A stretch of 64,000 nucleotides of DNA. It comes from an uncultured Smithella sp. (GTDB lineage Bacteria; Desulfobacterota; Syntrophia; Syntrophales; Smithellaceae). This document shows, piece after piece, positions 17,559 through 27,904 of the stretch (position 1 is the first letter of the stretch; each line of letters starts with the position of its first letter). Made by a program: the position numbers and the translations under genes. The DNA lies in the NCBI GenBank assembly GCA_964394715.1, contig CAYMYR010000003.1:12457-76456 (forward strand), in the 5' to 3' direction. The notes below the pieces were generated by a model. That model was not told where the DNA came from. It ran no database searches and worked only from the letters and a program-made list of their open reading frames with translations.

Positions 17559-18638
17559 ATGGGTTTTTTGGAAGAAGTTTATTTAGGCAATACCCTTCAG
17601 AACTGGTTGATTGCCGCCGGTATCCTGGTTGCTGTTTTGACCTCTTTGAAAATTATTCAAAAATTTTCCATCTATAAACTCGGCAAACTGGCAGCCACAA
17701 CGGACAATCAGGTTGACGACCTGATTGTCCATATGCTGGGGCAGACAAAATTTTTGATTCTGCTTGCGGGGTCTGCCTATATTGCCTCTTCTGCGATTAT
17801 CCTCAAACCTTCCGTATCCGCATTATTGCAGAAAGCGATGGTTCTGATTCTGATTTTGCAGGGTGGTCTGTGGGCCGGCGCCGGAATTACTTTTGTATTG
17901 GGCAGGGCCGCTCAGAAAAAAATGGATCAGGATTCATCAAGCGCCACAACGATCACCTTTCTCGGATTTGTGGCGAAATTGATTTTGTGGGTCATTGTTT
18001 TCCTGCTGATTCTGGATAATCTGGGCGTCAATATTACCGGCCTGGTTGCGGGTCTGGGCATTGGCGGAATTGCCGTGGCCTTGGCTGTTCAGAATATTCT
18101 GGGGGACCTTCTGGCTTCTTTATCCATTGTGCTGGACAAGCCTTTTGTGATCGGAGATTTTATTGTTGTGGATGCGCTCTCGGGAACGGTCGAGTATATC
18201 GGTCTGAAAACCACCCGGATCCGAAGCCTGAATGGTGAGCAGCTTATTTTCTCAAACAATGATCTCTTGAAAAGCCGGATTCACAATTATAAGAGAATGC
18301 AGGAAAGACGAATCGTGTTTGGCTTCGGCGTTGTTTATCAGACCCCGGAAGAAAAACTTACATTCATCAACGATATCGTGAAAGAGGTTATTGAAGCCCG
18401 GGAAGGTGTTCGTTTTGAAAGGGTCCATTTCAAGGAATATGGCGACTCCGCGTTGAAATATGAAGTTGTGTATCACGTAAAGGGACCGGACTATAAAATT
18501 TACATGGATGTTCAGCAGATGATTAATCTGGAGATTTTCCGTCGCTTCCGGAAAGAAGGGATTGAATTTGCCTATCCGACAAGAACCGTTCACTTGCAGA
18601 GTGAAGGACGGGAGCAGGAGTTAAACAGAAATTTATGA
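17559..18638 (+). CDS. mscS: Small-conductance mechanosensitive channel
   Basis: AGLGIGGIAVALA.Q, DKPFVIGD, GTVEYIGLKTTRIR. Confidence 0.93.
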   Translation: MGFLEEVYLGNTLQNWLIAAGILVAVLTSLKIIQKFSIYKLGKLAATTDNQVDDLIVHMLGQTKFLILLAGSAYIASSAIILKPSVSALLQKAMVLILILQGGLWAGAGITFVLGRAAQKKMDQDSSSATTITFLGFVAKLILWVIVFLLILDNLGVNITGLVAGLGIGGIAVALAVQNILGDLLASLSIVLDKPFVIGDFIVVDALSGTVEYIGLKTTRIRSLNGEQLIFSNNDLLKSRIHNYKRMQERRIVFGFGVVYQTPEEKLTFINDIVKEVIEAREGVRFERVHFKEYGDSALKYEVVYHVKGPDYKIYMDVQQMINLEIFRRFRKEGIEFAYPTRTVHLQSEGREQELNRNL

Positions 18639-20059
18639 AAAAAGCCGGCTTGTTTCTGACGGGGCTTCCCTTACTGCTTCTTCTGTTTCCTTTTCCCTGC
18701 CTGGCTGTGGAGGCCGTGGGAAATATTGGCACGATGCTGCCACTATGGTCAATATTGCCCTTTGCGGGTATTCTTCTTTCCATCGCCCTGATGCCCCTGT
18801 TCGTTCCTCATTTCTGGCATTATCATTTTCCGAAGGTTGCCGCTTTCTGGGCGGTGTGCTTTGCCGTGCCGTTTTTGTATTTTTTCCGTGAAATCGCGGT
18901 GCATGAGATTACCCACATTATCATTATTGATTACATCCCTTTCATCCTGCTGCTCTGGGCCTTATTCACGGTTTCGGGTGGAATTTACGTGAAAGGGTCT
19001 TTAAAGGGAACACCTGCCGTCAACACGGTCATTCTGCTGATCGGAACGCTTCTGGCATCTGTCATTGGCACAACCGGTGCTTCCATGCTGATGATCCGGC
19101 CGATCTTGCGGTCCAATGCATGGCGGGTGCATAAGGTCCACACTATTGTTTTTTTTATTTTTCTTGTCAGCAATATCGGCGGTGCGCTGACCCCGCTGGG
19201 CGATCCGCCTCTGTTTTTAGGATTTCTGCACGGCGTTCCCTTCTTCTGGACGATGCATATTTTACCGGAGATGGCGTTTGCCAGTTTCATTCTCCTGGTG
19301 CTCTATTTCCTCATGGATTCGTATTTTTATAAAAAAGAAAGCAAAACCGACGCTCCTGATACCGAGCCGGAGCCCTTGAGTATTGAGGGATCTTACAACT
19401 TTATTTTTCTTGCAGGCATCATTGCTGCTGTTTTGTTCAGCGGAACGGTTAAACTGGGTGAAGTCAATCTCTTCGGAATCCATCAGGCGACGGAGAATTT
19501 GATTAAAGACGCTGTCTTGATCCTGATGGGTGTCTTGTCCCTGCTTTTTACAAAAACGGAAGTGCGCAGGGGCAACGAATTCAGCTGGGCGCCGATCCTT
19601 GAAGTGGCCTATCTCTTTGCCGGTATTTTTATTACCATCATTCCAGCCCTGGCGATACTTAAAGCAGGTGAGCAGGGAGCTCTGGCGATACTGATTAAAT
19701 CTGTAAACACGCCTGCCCATTATTTCTGGGCGACGGGTTCGTTGTCCAGTTTTCTGGACAACGCCCCGACTTATCTGACCTTTTTCAACAGTGCGTTGGG
19801 CAAATTTTATCCAGGTGTACCTGAAGCACAGGCGGTTTCCGCACTCATTGTCGAAAAAATACCCTATCTGGCTGCAATTTCCGCGGGAGCGGTTTTTATG
19901 GGTGCCAATACCTACATCGGCAACGCACCGAATTTCATGGTGAAATCGATTGCGGAAGAGGCGGGTGTTAAAATGCCGAGCTTCTTTGGTTATATGTTTA
20001 AATATTCGATTCCGATTCTGGTAACTTTGTTTATAGGGATCACTTTTATTTTCTTCTGA
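18635..20059 (+). CDS. Putative sodium:proton antiporter (CitMHS-like family)
   Basis: NIGGALTPLGDPPLFLGFL, SSFLDNAPTY, GANTYIGNAPNFMVK. Confidence 0.85.
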   Translation: MKKAGLFLTGLPLLLLLFPFPCLAVEAVGNIGTMLPLWSILPFAGILLSIALMPLFVPHFWHYHFPKVAAFWAVCFAVPFLYFFREIAVHEITHIIIIDYIPFILLLWALFTVSGGIYVKGSLKGTPAVNTVILLIGTLLASVIGTTGASMLMIRPILRSNAWRVHKVHTIVFFIFLVSNIGGALTPLGDPPLFLGFLHGVPFFWTMHILPEMAFASFILLVLYFLMDSYFYKKESKTDAPDTEPEPLSIEGSYNFIFLAGIIAAVLFSGTVKLGEVNLFGIHQATENLIKDAVLILMGVLSLLFTKTEVRRGNEFSWAPILEVAYLFAGIFITIIPALAILKAGEQGALAILIKSVNTPAHYFWATGSLSSFLDNAPTYLTFFNSALGKFYPGVPEAQAVSALIVEKIPYLAAISAGAVFMGANTYIGNAPNFMVKSIAEEAGVKMPSFFGYMFKYSIPILVTLFIGITFIFF

Positions 20060-20223
20060 TATTTCAATAACATACCATATAATAAATATTTCTTGAAGAT
20101 GCAGAGGAAAGCAGATAAGGTACAAATTACCTTGCGTCCTGATGCTGCCGTTATTAACTTAACTTACAATGCTGTACGGGAATGATAAGGCTGGCAAACG
20201 GAGAATATGGAGGACAACGTTTC

Positions 20224-21075
20224 ATGGCTGCAAAACTGCGAAATACTTTAAAAACCATCGAGGATTACAAGGCAACCAATCCTCATTACACCGATCTTCT
20301 GGACATCCTGGCGGATATTCTTATTCTTCGCGAAAATTACCGCAAGAACATGACAAGCCCGATCTTTTCAGTCGAAGAAAAGTTGATCGATGGAAAAATG
20401 AAGGGTGGATTGCCCCTGATTGATCTTGCGGGGCAAAAGTATGATTTGACCCGTCCGAAGGAATATTTTTACTCGCTCATTTCCATTGCCGAGAAAAGAA
20501 TCCCGTCAGAGGCTCAAAAGTTTTTGGATGTTATTAAAAATAAAAATTTTAACTGGGAAAATATTATCCATGCGTCGTTCAGTCCTTCAGAGGATGACGC
20601 ATCCACCCGGAACCTCACAGCGGCGGATGAAAATGACGATCAGTTTGACCTGATTGATCTGTTTTTCGAAGAAAGCCTTCGTCCCGAACTGGAAGTGATT
20701 GCGGAAAAATATGGTGCAGCGGTTGAGAAAAGCGGATGGCTGGAGGGCTACTGTCCGATTTGCGGCAAGGAGCCGAAAATCGGGGAAATCCGTGAAAGTG
20801 AAGACGGCAGACGCTATCTGTTCTGTCATCAGTGCGGTTATAAATGGCACTTCCGCCGAATCAAATGCCCCTTCTGCGGCAATGAAGAGCAGCATTCGCT
20901 GGCTTATTTTGCGGTGGAAGGAGAAGAAAGCCATCGTGTTGACGTCTGCAACAAATGCCGCCGCTACATCAAGATTATTGAACTTCCCAAGTCATCCGAG
21001 GACGTGAATCTTGATATCGAAGATATCGCCACCCTGCACCTCGACATGCTGGCGTACGAGGAAGGGTACAACTAA
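20224..21075 (+). CDS. fdhE: Formate dehydrogenase accessory protein FdhE
   Basis: CPICG, C..CG..W.FRRIKCPFCGN, CNKCRRYIK, LHLDMLA.EEGY. Confidence 0.88.
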   Translation: MAAKLRNTLKTIEDYKATNPHYTDLLDILADILILRENYRKNMTSPIFSVEEKLIDGKMKGGLPLIDLAGQKYDLTRPKEYFYSLISIAEKRIPSEAQKFLDVIKNKNFNWENIIHASFSPSEDDASTRNLTAADENDDQFDLIDLFFEESLRPELEVIAEKYGAAVEKSGWLEGYCPICGKEPKIGEIRESEDGRRYLFCHQCGYKWHFRRIKCPFCGNEEQHSLAYFAVEGEESHRVDVCNKCRRYIKIIELPKSSEDVNLDIEDIATLHLDMLAYEEGYN

Positions 21076-21124
21076 AAGAAAGCCTAATAGACTATAGGCT
21101 TTTAGGCTATTAGGATAAATGGAA

Positions 21125-21159
21125 AAGGCCCAACCAAGACAACGTCTCGGTTGGGCCTT
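21125..21159. terminator. Bidirectional terminator-like hairpin between convergent genes
   Basis: AAGGCCCAACC...GGTTGGGCCTT, 11-bp stem. Confidence 0.7.
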
Positions 21160-21173
21160 CTGTCTTATCTTTT

Positions 21174-21205
21174 CCTACAGTCTAACAGTCTACAGTCTAA
21201 CAGCC
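21174..21205. repeat. Short tandem repeat of ACAGTCT(A)
   Basis: cctacagtctaacagtctacagtctaacagcc, with related TAGGCT/TAGACT units at 21081-21114. Confidence 0.7.
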
Positions 21206-21210
21206 TTTTT

Positions 21211-21810
21211 TTAATCCTGGTGTTTCCCCGGTTCGGGCTTTACCAGTCCCTTGATGATGGAAGTGCCGTACTCCCTGCCGGTATTGAAGGCATGGATGTT
21301 ATTCTCTTTTGTTGCAGCGGGGACAGAATCGAGCACGGCTTTTTTAAGTGCCTCGGCATGAACGAGATGTTCCACCGCCGAAAGGAATCCCAGCATGACA
21401 ATGTTTGCCATCATCTTGGTGCCGAGTTGTTCCGCGAAACGCGTAGCCGGGATGTGAAATGTTTTATGATGCATATCGGCTTTGCGGGTGTGAACCAGGT
21501 CTGTATCCCAGATCAAAGTACCTTCGGGACGCAGGGATTTGACATTTTTCATGTAGGCTTCCTGGCTCATGCAGATCAGGATTTCCGGTTCTTCAACGCA
21601 GGGGAAAAGAATTTCTTCGCTGCTGATGATCACCTGGCTGGAACAGGCGCCTCCCCGCGATTCCGGACCGTAGTTTTGCGTCATGGTGGCGTGCTTGTGA
21701 TCGTAAAGCGTTGCCGCTTTGCCCAGGATATCGCCTGCCATCACAATACCCTGGCCGCCGAAACCGGTAATTAAAATATGTCTTTCCCGTTTATCTGTCA
21801 TGGCGATCAC
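21211..21810 (-). CDS. korC: 2-oxoacid:ferredoxin oxidoreductase gamma subunit
   Basis: GFGGQGIV.AG, YGPESRGG. Substrate specificity cannot be read from the sequence. Confidence 0.9.
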   Translation of the reverse strand: MIAMTDKRERHILITGFGGQGIVMAGDILGKAATLYDHKHATMTQNYGPESRGGACSSQVIISSEEILFPCVEEPEILICMSQEAYMKNVKSLRPEGTLIWDTDLVHTRKADMHHKTFHIPATRFAEQLGTKMMANIVMLGFLSAVEHLVHAEALKKAVLDSVPAATKENNIHAFNTGREYGTSIIKGLVKPEPGKHQD

Positions 21811-22691
21811 CGCGCTTTCTGAGAATCAGCGTGCAGAGAACGCCACTGAGGCATCTGCGGATGATTGAATTTTTCATAATGGTCAAGAAATGTGGGGCGT
21901 TCAATGTCAACAAATTTCCCCACGACAATCTCCTTGTCAATATCCATCGAAGCGTCTTTGGGGTCAATGTCACCCCGGATGACAGAACGGCCCTGGTAGA
22001 ACTTGAGCATTTCCAGCGCGCTTCCCATGCGGTTGCGCCGCCCGAAAGAAGACGGGCAGGGTGTGATGACTTCGACAAAGCTGAAGCCCCGCTTTTCCAG
22101 TGCTTCGCTGATGGAACTGCGCAGCGATCTCACCTGCATGGCTGTCCATCTTGCCACATAGGTAGCGCCGCAGGCGGATGCCAGGTAACTGAAATTGAAA
22201 GGCTCTTCCGGTGCGCCGTTGACGGAAGTCGTTGTTTTTGCACCCAGTGGCGTACTGGGGGCCTGCTGACCACCTGTCATTCCGTAATTCAGGTTGTTGA
22301 CGCAGATCACGGTCATATCCATGTTCCTGCGGGCCGCATGGATAAAATGATTGCCTCCGATGGCGAAGAGATCGCCGTCTCCGGAGACAACCACGACTTT
22401 TGTTTGCGGTCGGGCCAACTTCAGGCCGGTGGCAAAGGGAATGGCCCGTCCATGTGTGGTGTGAAAAGAATCCAGCCGGATATAACCTGCCATGCGTCCG
22501 GTACAGCCGATGCCGGAGACCATGGCAATGGAATTGGGATCCCATCCGGTGTTCTTAATTGCGGATATCACGGCGCTGAACACGGTACCGATACCGCATC
22601 CCGGACACCAGATATGCGGGATTCTTTCTGTCCTCAGAAGGGAATCCATCGGGTGAGGTGGAACATTTTTCAAAGCTTTTGATGTTGTCAT
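21807..22691 (-). CDS. korB: 2-oxoacid:ferredoxin oxidoreductase beta subunit (TPP-binding)
   Basis: WCPGCG, SGIGC, HTTHGRA, GDGD..AIGGNH, YGMTGGQ. Confidence 0.93.
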   Translation of the reverse strand: MTTSKALKNVPPHPMDSLLRTERIPHIWCPGCGIGTVFSAVISAIKNTGWDPNSIAMVSGIGCTGRMAGYIRLDSFHTTHGRAIPFATGLKLARPQTKVVVVSGDGDLFAIGGNHFIHAARRNMDMTVICVNNLNYGMTGGQQAPSTPLGAKTTTSVNGAPEEPFNFSYLASACGATYVARWTAMQVRSLRSSISEALEKRGFSFVEVITPCPSSFGRRNRMGSALEMLKFYQGRSVIRGDIDPKDASMDIDKEIVVGKFVDIERPTFLDHYEKFNHPQMPQWRSLHADSQKAR

Positions 22692-23848
22692 ATTGAACCT
22701 TTTGCCGCCTTCGAGATGGCATTGAGAATCAAATTGGGGTGAATGATTGCACCGCCGAAATTGGAAACCAGGCTTACCGGACAGGCGCCGCAGGCGCAGC
22801 GTTCAAGTTCCAGGACCAACTGACCGCCGTTGATTTCCGCCATGATCATGGCTTTTGCTCCGGGTGCGACACTGCGGATAAGTTCTTCGGGAAACGGCCA
22901 GATGGTTTCCAGAACGATCAGTCCCGCCTTGATGTCTTCATTCCTGGCGTTGCGGACGGCCTGCATGGCCGAACGGGCGCTGATGCCGTACGACACCACG
23001 ACAATCTCAGCGTCATCCAGATACAAATTTTTTGTGCTGATAATTTTTTCGCGATTGTTGCGGATCTTATCGACAAGCCGGGAAATCATTTGTTCCTGTG
23101 CTGCCGCGTTCATTGCCGGATAGCCGCGGTCATCATGAGTCAGGCCGGTTACATGAATCCGGTAACCGTCGCCGCAGTTGGCCATCGGCGCGATGCCATC
23201 CGCATCGGCTTCATAGGGTAGATAATCTTCGCGGGTGACGGAAGGCTTCCGCCGGTTGATGATTTCAATTTCATCTTCGCGCGGAATAATCACCCGTTCA
23301 TTCATGTGCCCGACAACTTCATCCGCAAGAATCAGCACGGGAAGACGGTAATATTCGCTGAGATTGAATGCGCGGATGGTCATGTCGAACATTTGCTGCG
23401 GGCTTGCAGGGGCAAGGGCGATAATTTCATAATGACCATGCGACCCCCAGCGCGCCTGCATCACATCTCCCTGTCCGACGGAAGTGGGCAGCCCGGTGCT
23501 GGGGCCGGCCCGCTGGACATTGCAGACCACACAGGGGGTTTCCGTGCAGATTCCCAGCCCGATGTTTTCCATCATGAGAGAGAAGCCCGGTCCCGAAGTG
23601 CTTGTCATGGATTTCACACCGCCCCAGCTGGCACCTAGAATTGCCGCCATGGACGCGATTTCATCTTCCATCTGAATGAAAATCCCCCCCAATTGAGGCA
23701 GACGCCGTGACATGGATTCGGCAATTTCCGTTGCCGGCGTTATCGGGTATCCGGCAAAAAAGCGGCATCCGGCCGCCAGAGCTCCTTCGCAGCAGGCCTC
23801 ATCGCCGTTCATGAAGTGTGTTCCCGTCAGGACTTCTTTTGCAACCAA
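22688..23848 (-). CDS. korA: 2-oxoacid:ferredoxin oxidoreductase alpha subunit
   Basis: GYPITPATE, QMEDEIAS, TSGPGFSLM.E, QRAGPSTGLPT. Confidence 0.93.
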   Translation of the reverse strand: MVAKEVLTGTHFMNGDEACCEGALAAGCRFFAGYPITPATEIAESMSRRLPQLGGIFIQMEDEIASMAAILGASWGGVKSMTSTSGPGFSLMMENIGLGICTETPCVVCNVQRAGPSTGLPTSVGQGDVMQARWGSHGHYEIIALAPASPQQMFDMTIRAFNLSEYYRLPVLILADEVVGHMNERVIIPREDEIEIINRRKPSVTREDYLPYEADADGIAPMANCGDGYRIHVTGLTHDDRGYPAMNAAAQEQMISRLVDKIRNNREKIISTKNLYLDDAEIVVVSYGISARSAMQAVRNARNEDIKAGLIVLETIWPFPEELIRSVAPGAKAMIMAEINGGQLVLELERCACGACPVSLVSNFGGAIIHPNLILNAISKAAKGSI

Positions 23849-23867
23849 AACCTGTCTCCTTCAGACT

Positions 23868-24152
23868 TTATTCATTATAGTCATCGTATTCAATCGTATA
23901 AATGGCAAACTCAGGGCAGAGAATTTCACAGAAATGACAATTCACGCACCTTGAGGCGTCATTGACTTCGGGGGGGTGATAGCCTTTTTTGTTAAAGACG
24001 GAAGAAACCCGAAGAACCTGGCGGGGGCAGTTGGCGATGCAAAAGCCGCAGCCCTTGCAGCGGTCTTCAATCACAATGACCTGGCCCTGCCTTTTTTTCC
24101 GGGATCCATTTTCGTCTTGGGGATTGATCTGATATTTCTTTGTTTTTTGCAT
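23868..24152 (-). CDS. korD: 2-oxoacid:ferredoxin oxidoreductase delta subunit (2x 4Fe-4S)
   Basis: CKGCGFCIANCP and CVNCHFCEILCP. Confidence 0.88.
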   Translation of the reverse strand: MQKTKKYQINPQDENGSRKKRQGQVIVIEDRCKGCGFCIANCPRQVLRVSSVFNKKGYHPPEVNDASRCVNCHFCEILCPEFAIYTIEYDDYNE

Positions 24153-24488
24153 GGAGTTAACACAATTCCCCTGTATAAATGAATTACACAAGGCGACTTG
24201 CCGGATGGATTGATTTGCTTTTAGATCGGGGATTTGTACAGGAAACGCTTCCCTGAAGTGTCAAATTCCATCAAATGCGCGCAAAGTTGCTTTTTGAAAT
24301 TATAAAAATTAGCAGGCGCTGTCAAGTAAAAACAATCCTGTTTAACATATTCATTTGTCAGTGATTTTGAAGATCCATGCGGCTGGGATCAAATACGGAT
24401 TTTCTGATAAAGACTTGCTTTTCATTTGGGTGCATATTAGAAAACAGGAATAAAAACGCAAAGACAGGAGTGAAATCAAACGGAATAA

Positions 24489-25145
24489 ATGGAGAAATCG
24501 CATATTCATCAGATCATAAAAATTTTAAAAAAAGAACTTGATGTGGGGGAGATGCCCATTGTGTCACACCTGGCGGAAAGTGAACGCGATCCCTTTGTTA
24601 TTTTGATTTCCACTCTGCTCAGTCTGAGAACAAAAGATGAAGTGACAGCCGAAGCTACAGACAGGCTTCTTGCGCTGGCATGCACACCTGAGGAAATGCT
24701 CAGGGTCCCCCGTGACAAAATCGCCAGGGCTATCTATCCGGTTGGTTTTTACAGAAACAAGGCAAAAACCATTCACCATGTCTGCCACGAACTGATTGAC
24801 CGGTTTGACTCCCGAGTGCCGGATGATCTGGATGAATTACTGAGCATCAAAGGCATCGGCCGCAAGACGGCCAATCTGGTCATTACACTGGCATACGGTA
24901 AAGACGGTATCTGTGTGGACACGCATGTGCACCGCATATCCAACCGTCTGGGTTATGTTACAACGAAAAGCCCGGATGAAACGGAAATGGCCCTGCGTGA
25001 TAAACTTCCCCGCAGGTACTGGATCATTTATAATACCCTGCTGGTTTTCTTTGGCCGTAAAACCTGCAAACCTGTTTCACCTTTCTGCAACACCTGCCCG
25101 ATCAGTAAGTACTGTGATCGTACGGGGGTGACGGTGAGCCGATAA
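24489..25145 (+). CDS. nth: Endonuclease III
   Basis: HhH GIGRKTANL, VDTHVHR, C..P.C..CP....C cluster motif. Confidence 0.95.
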   Translation: MEKSHIHQIIKILKKELDVGEMPIVSHLAESERDPFVILISTLLSLRTKDEVTAEATDRLLALACTPEEMLRVPRDKIARAIYPVGFYRNKAKTIHHVCHELIDRFDSRVPDDLDELLSIKGIGRKTANLVITLAYGKDGICVDTHVHRISNRLGYVTTKSPDETEMALRDKLPRRYWIIYNTLLVFFGRKTCKPVSPFCNTCPISKYCDRTGVTVSR

Positions 25146-25175
25146 TCCTTAAAAACATGAAAGAAAAGAAAATAG

Positions 25176-25204
25176 TTGACGATTATTTATCATTTGGCTA
25201 TGAT
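25176..25204 (+). promoter_or_regulatory. Sigma70 promoter of secG-tRNA-Leu
   Basis: TTGACG-17 nt-TATGAT. Confidence 0.6.
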
Positions 25205-25390
25205 GCCGCGGTTTTTTGGATGACCGGCAGGAAAGCGGTTGGATTAATTCATTAAGATGTATTTGGCATTATTCATGAATTTGTATCCGGCATGAAGGTA
25301 AAAGAAGCGTTGAATAAAATGACTGCCGGTGATATGTACCAAAAAGATAATAATGAATTTCTGAAATTACTTGATTTAAAGGATTAAAAG

Positions 25391-25786
25391 ATGACGGTAT
25401 TTTTAACCATATTGCACATTATTGTTTGTATCACCCTGATTTTGATTGTCTTACTTCAGGCAGGAAAAGGCGCGAACATGGGCGCTGCTTTCGGAGGTTC
25501 AAGCCAGACTGTTTTCGGTTCAAGTGGTGCCGGTACTTTTCTGGGAAAATTGACTGCGGCGGTAGCGATTATTTTTATGCTCACCTCCATTACACTGACC
25601 TACACGGCGTCAAGAAAACCGTCTGGTTTGATGGATAAAGCGTCAGTTCCCGCGGCAAGACAGTCGGTTCCGGTTGCGCCAAAACCCACGACATCACCCA
25701 CGGCGCCGGCAGCACCTTTGCCTGTTCCAGGGGCAGCGACGCAAGCACCTGCCGCGGCACCTGCACCCGCACCTGCGGCGAAATAA
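25391..25786 (+). CDS. secG: Preprotein translocase subunit SecG with Pro/Ala-rich tail
   Basis: LLQAGKGANMGAAFGGSSQTVFGSSG..FL.KLT. Confidence 0.95.
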   Translation: MTVFLTILHIIVCITLILIVLLQAGKGANMGAAFGGSSQTVFGSSGAGTFLGKLTAAVAIIFMLTSITLTYTASRKPSGLMDKASVPAARQSVPVAPKPTTSPTAPAAPLPVPGAATQAPAAAPAPAPAAK

Positions 25787-25871
25787 GATTTGTTCTTTGT
25801 TATCCGGACAATTTGCAAAACCGATTTGATGATCAGCACAAATACGGTGAAAGAATAATTTTCAAACGGCT

Positions 25872-25957
25872 GCCGAAGTGGTGGAATTGGTAGACACGCT
25901 ATCTTGAGGGGGTAGTGGACAAAATCCGTGCTGGTTCAAGTCCAGTCTTCGGCACCA
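25872..25957 (+). tRNA. tRNA-Leu(GAG)
   Basis: Acceptor GCCGAAG/CTTCGGC with encoded CCA, anticodon arm CTATC-TTGAGGG-GGTAG, long variable arm, GGTTCAAGTCC T-arm. secG-tRNA-Leu synteny is conserved. Confidence 0.96.
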
Positions 25958-25968
25958 TAAATAAGATT

Positions 25969-26009
25969 AAGGGGTTAGCTCGTTAAAGGGTTAACCCTTT
26001 TTTCTTTTT
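25969..26009 (+). terminator. Rho-independent terminator after the tRNA
   Basis: AAGGGGTTAGC...GTTAACCCTTT followed by a T-tract. Confidence 0.6.
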
Positions 26010-26035
26010 AAGTTCATTTGACCACAAAATGACAT

Positions 26036-26887
26036 TCAAAGGGCGTTTCCCTCCAGAATTCGTTCGAGGTCGCTGCCGTAGCGACGGTATTTTTCGGGGG
26101 ACAGGATTTCCTGGAGATGCTCTTTGTTTAAAACCATTTCTGCGAGTTTCTCATCGGGCAGAAACATAAATACCGCGCAGTTGGCTTCTTTAGCCTGTTC
26201 AAAACGCCATGCATACAGTTTTTTGATCATTTCTTTCTGCTCGCGGGCAAGCGAGTAATACCCTTTTATTTTTGAGTACCCGCGGCGGTCAAAACTTCTT
26301 TCCTGCCAGCTGGCGGCAGCGATTTTCGCAAAGGCCTCGTCTGCCGCTTTTTCCAGACCTTTTTCGCGCAGGCTGGTTTGCTGCTTTTCATATAGCGCGG
26401 GTAGGAGGGTCACGTCCTGTACGGCATACGCGAGCTGTTCGTCGGTCAACGGTCGCAGGTCCCATCGAGAACGCTGCATCTTCTTGCTTTTCTTGAGTTC
26501 CACCCCGAGGAATTCCTTAATCATCTTTTCCAAAGAGAGCTGATGGAATCCCAACAGCATGGCGGCCCGGTGGGAATCAAAAATATTTTTAAATTCAAAA
26601 CCATAGTCTCTTTTCAACAGGCGGATGTCATTGTCTGCGGCGTGAAGGATTTTCACAACGGATTTACTTTTTAAAGGTCTGGCTAAAAAGGACAAATCCA
26701 GTTGGGCCATCGCATCAATAACATAGGTGGTGGGCTTTGCGTAGATTTGAATTAAGCAGAGTTTTTCCCTGAAATATCTGAAGGAATCGTATTCTGTATC
26801 AATGCCTAAAATGGAAACCTGACGCAAATGTTCGGCGGCGCGTTTTGCGGTTTCGGGCGTATTTACCAGCAGCCAGTTCGTATTCAT
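26036..26887 (-). CDS. rnd: Ribonuclease D-like 3'-5' exonuclease with HRDC domain
   Basis: GIDTE, LCLIQ, KILHAA..D, YAVQDV, W-R...A...N C-terminal HRDC. Confidence 0.88.
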   Translation of the reverse strand: MNTNWLLVNTPETAKRAAEHLRQVSILGIDTEYDSFRYFREKLCLIQIYAKPTTYVIDAMAQLDLSFLARPLKSKSVVKILHAADNDIRLLKRDYGFEFKNIFDSHRAAMLLGFHQLSLEKMIKEFLGVELKKSKKMQRSRWDLRPLTDEQLAYAVQDVTLLPALYEKQQTSLREKGLEKAADEAFAKIAAASWQERSFDRRGYSKIKGYYSLAREQKEMIKKLYAWRFEQAKEANCAVFMFLPDEKLAEMVLNKEHLQEILSPEKYRRYGSDLERILEGNAL

Positions 26888-27071
26888 GGAAAGGTACTTA
26901 ACCGAAACATCAATTTTATGCTATAAAAATGATGAGATCTGTCCGGAAAAACCGGGCTTGTCAGTTATCTATTTGCTTATATTTATTGTGCTATTATGCT
27001 TTACAAAATAATAGGATATGTTACCCTTTCAAAAAAGTCATTGAATGCAGGGAAGGATTCCACATGCTTTT

Positions 27072-27875
27072 ATGAGAAAAATATGGTTTTTTCTTATACT
27101 GGCGATATTTTCCGGAGGTTGTGACATGCAGAACAGATTTCTTTATTTTCCCAATGATGATAGGCCTTCTCCCCAAATGCTGGCTGCTGAAAATATGGAG
27201 CTGTGGCAGACAGAGGGTTCGGATTACCGGGGATTGGTTTCCGTCGGCAATCAGCCGGCTCCCGGAGGCACGATTGTTCTATTTCACGGCAACGGCGGCA
27301 CGGCCTTTGACAGGGGATTCTACCTGGAGCCTCTGTCGGAACTTGGTTTCCGGGTCATCCTGTCTGAATATCCAAAATACGGAGGCCGACCGGGCGATGT
27401 GGGAGAAAAGTCCTTTGTTGCCGATGGCCTGGAAACTGTGCGCATCGCCTATGAGCAATACGGGGACCCCCTCTACCTGCTGGGCGAATCGCTGGGCTGT
27501 GGTGTCGCGGCAGCGGTTGCCCGGCATACAAAGGTTCCCGTTGCCGGCATCATTCTCATTACGCCCTGGGACACGCTGGCGTCCGTTGCCAAGTCTCTGT
27601 TCCCTTTTCTGCCGGTGAAGCTGGTTTTAACGGATAAGTATGACAGCATTTCCAATCTCCAGTCGTTTCAGAAAAACATATCCGTGGTCGGTGCCGAGTA
27701 TGATGAAATCCTTCCCATTAAACACGCTCATAATTTATATGCGAAGCTGCCGGAAGGGAAAAAGCGCATGTGGGTGATCAAGGGAGCGGGCCACAATGAC
27801 TGGCCGTTTTTCGCGGGTGAAAATCTGTGGCGGGAAATGACAGCCTTTGTCAGAGTCGATAAAAAAGGTTCATGA
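27072..27875 (+). CDS. Alpha/beta hydrolase, probable lipoprotein
   Basis: FHGNGG, GESLG nucleophile elbow, GAGHND. Confidence 0.85.
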   Translation: MRKIWFFLILAIFSGGCDMQNRFLYFPNDDRPSPQMLAAENMELWQTEGSDYRGLVSVGNQPAPGGTIVLFHGNGGTAFDRGFYLEPLSELGFRVILSEYPKYGGRPGDVGEKSFVADGLETVRIAYEQYGDPLYLLGESLGCGVAAAVARHTKVPVAGIILITPWDTLASVAKSLFPFLPVKLVLTDKYDSISNLQSFQKNISVVGAEYDEILPIKHAHNLYAKLPEGKKRMWVIKGAGHNDWPFFAGENLWREMTAFVRVDKKGS

Positions 27876-27904
27876 CGCGGGCAAAAGGGGAAGAAGGGGG
27901 CCGC

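Noticed and set aside
20224-21075. fdhE with no formate dehydrogenase genes beside it
   Set aside because: Dispersed fdhE is unremarkable, and the structural genes may lie elsewhere in the genome.
25146-25390. Short ORFs between nth and secG
   Set aside because: They are under 60 aa, have no recognisable motif, and overlap the secG promoter.
25872-26040. tRNA-Leu as an island integration site
   Set aside because: It is followed directly by a terminator and rnd, with no integrase or duplicated tRNA 3' end in the window.
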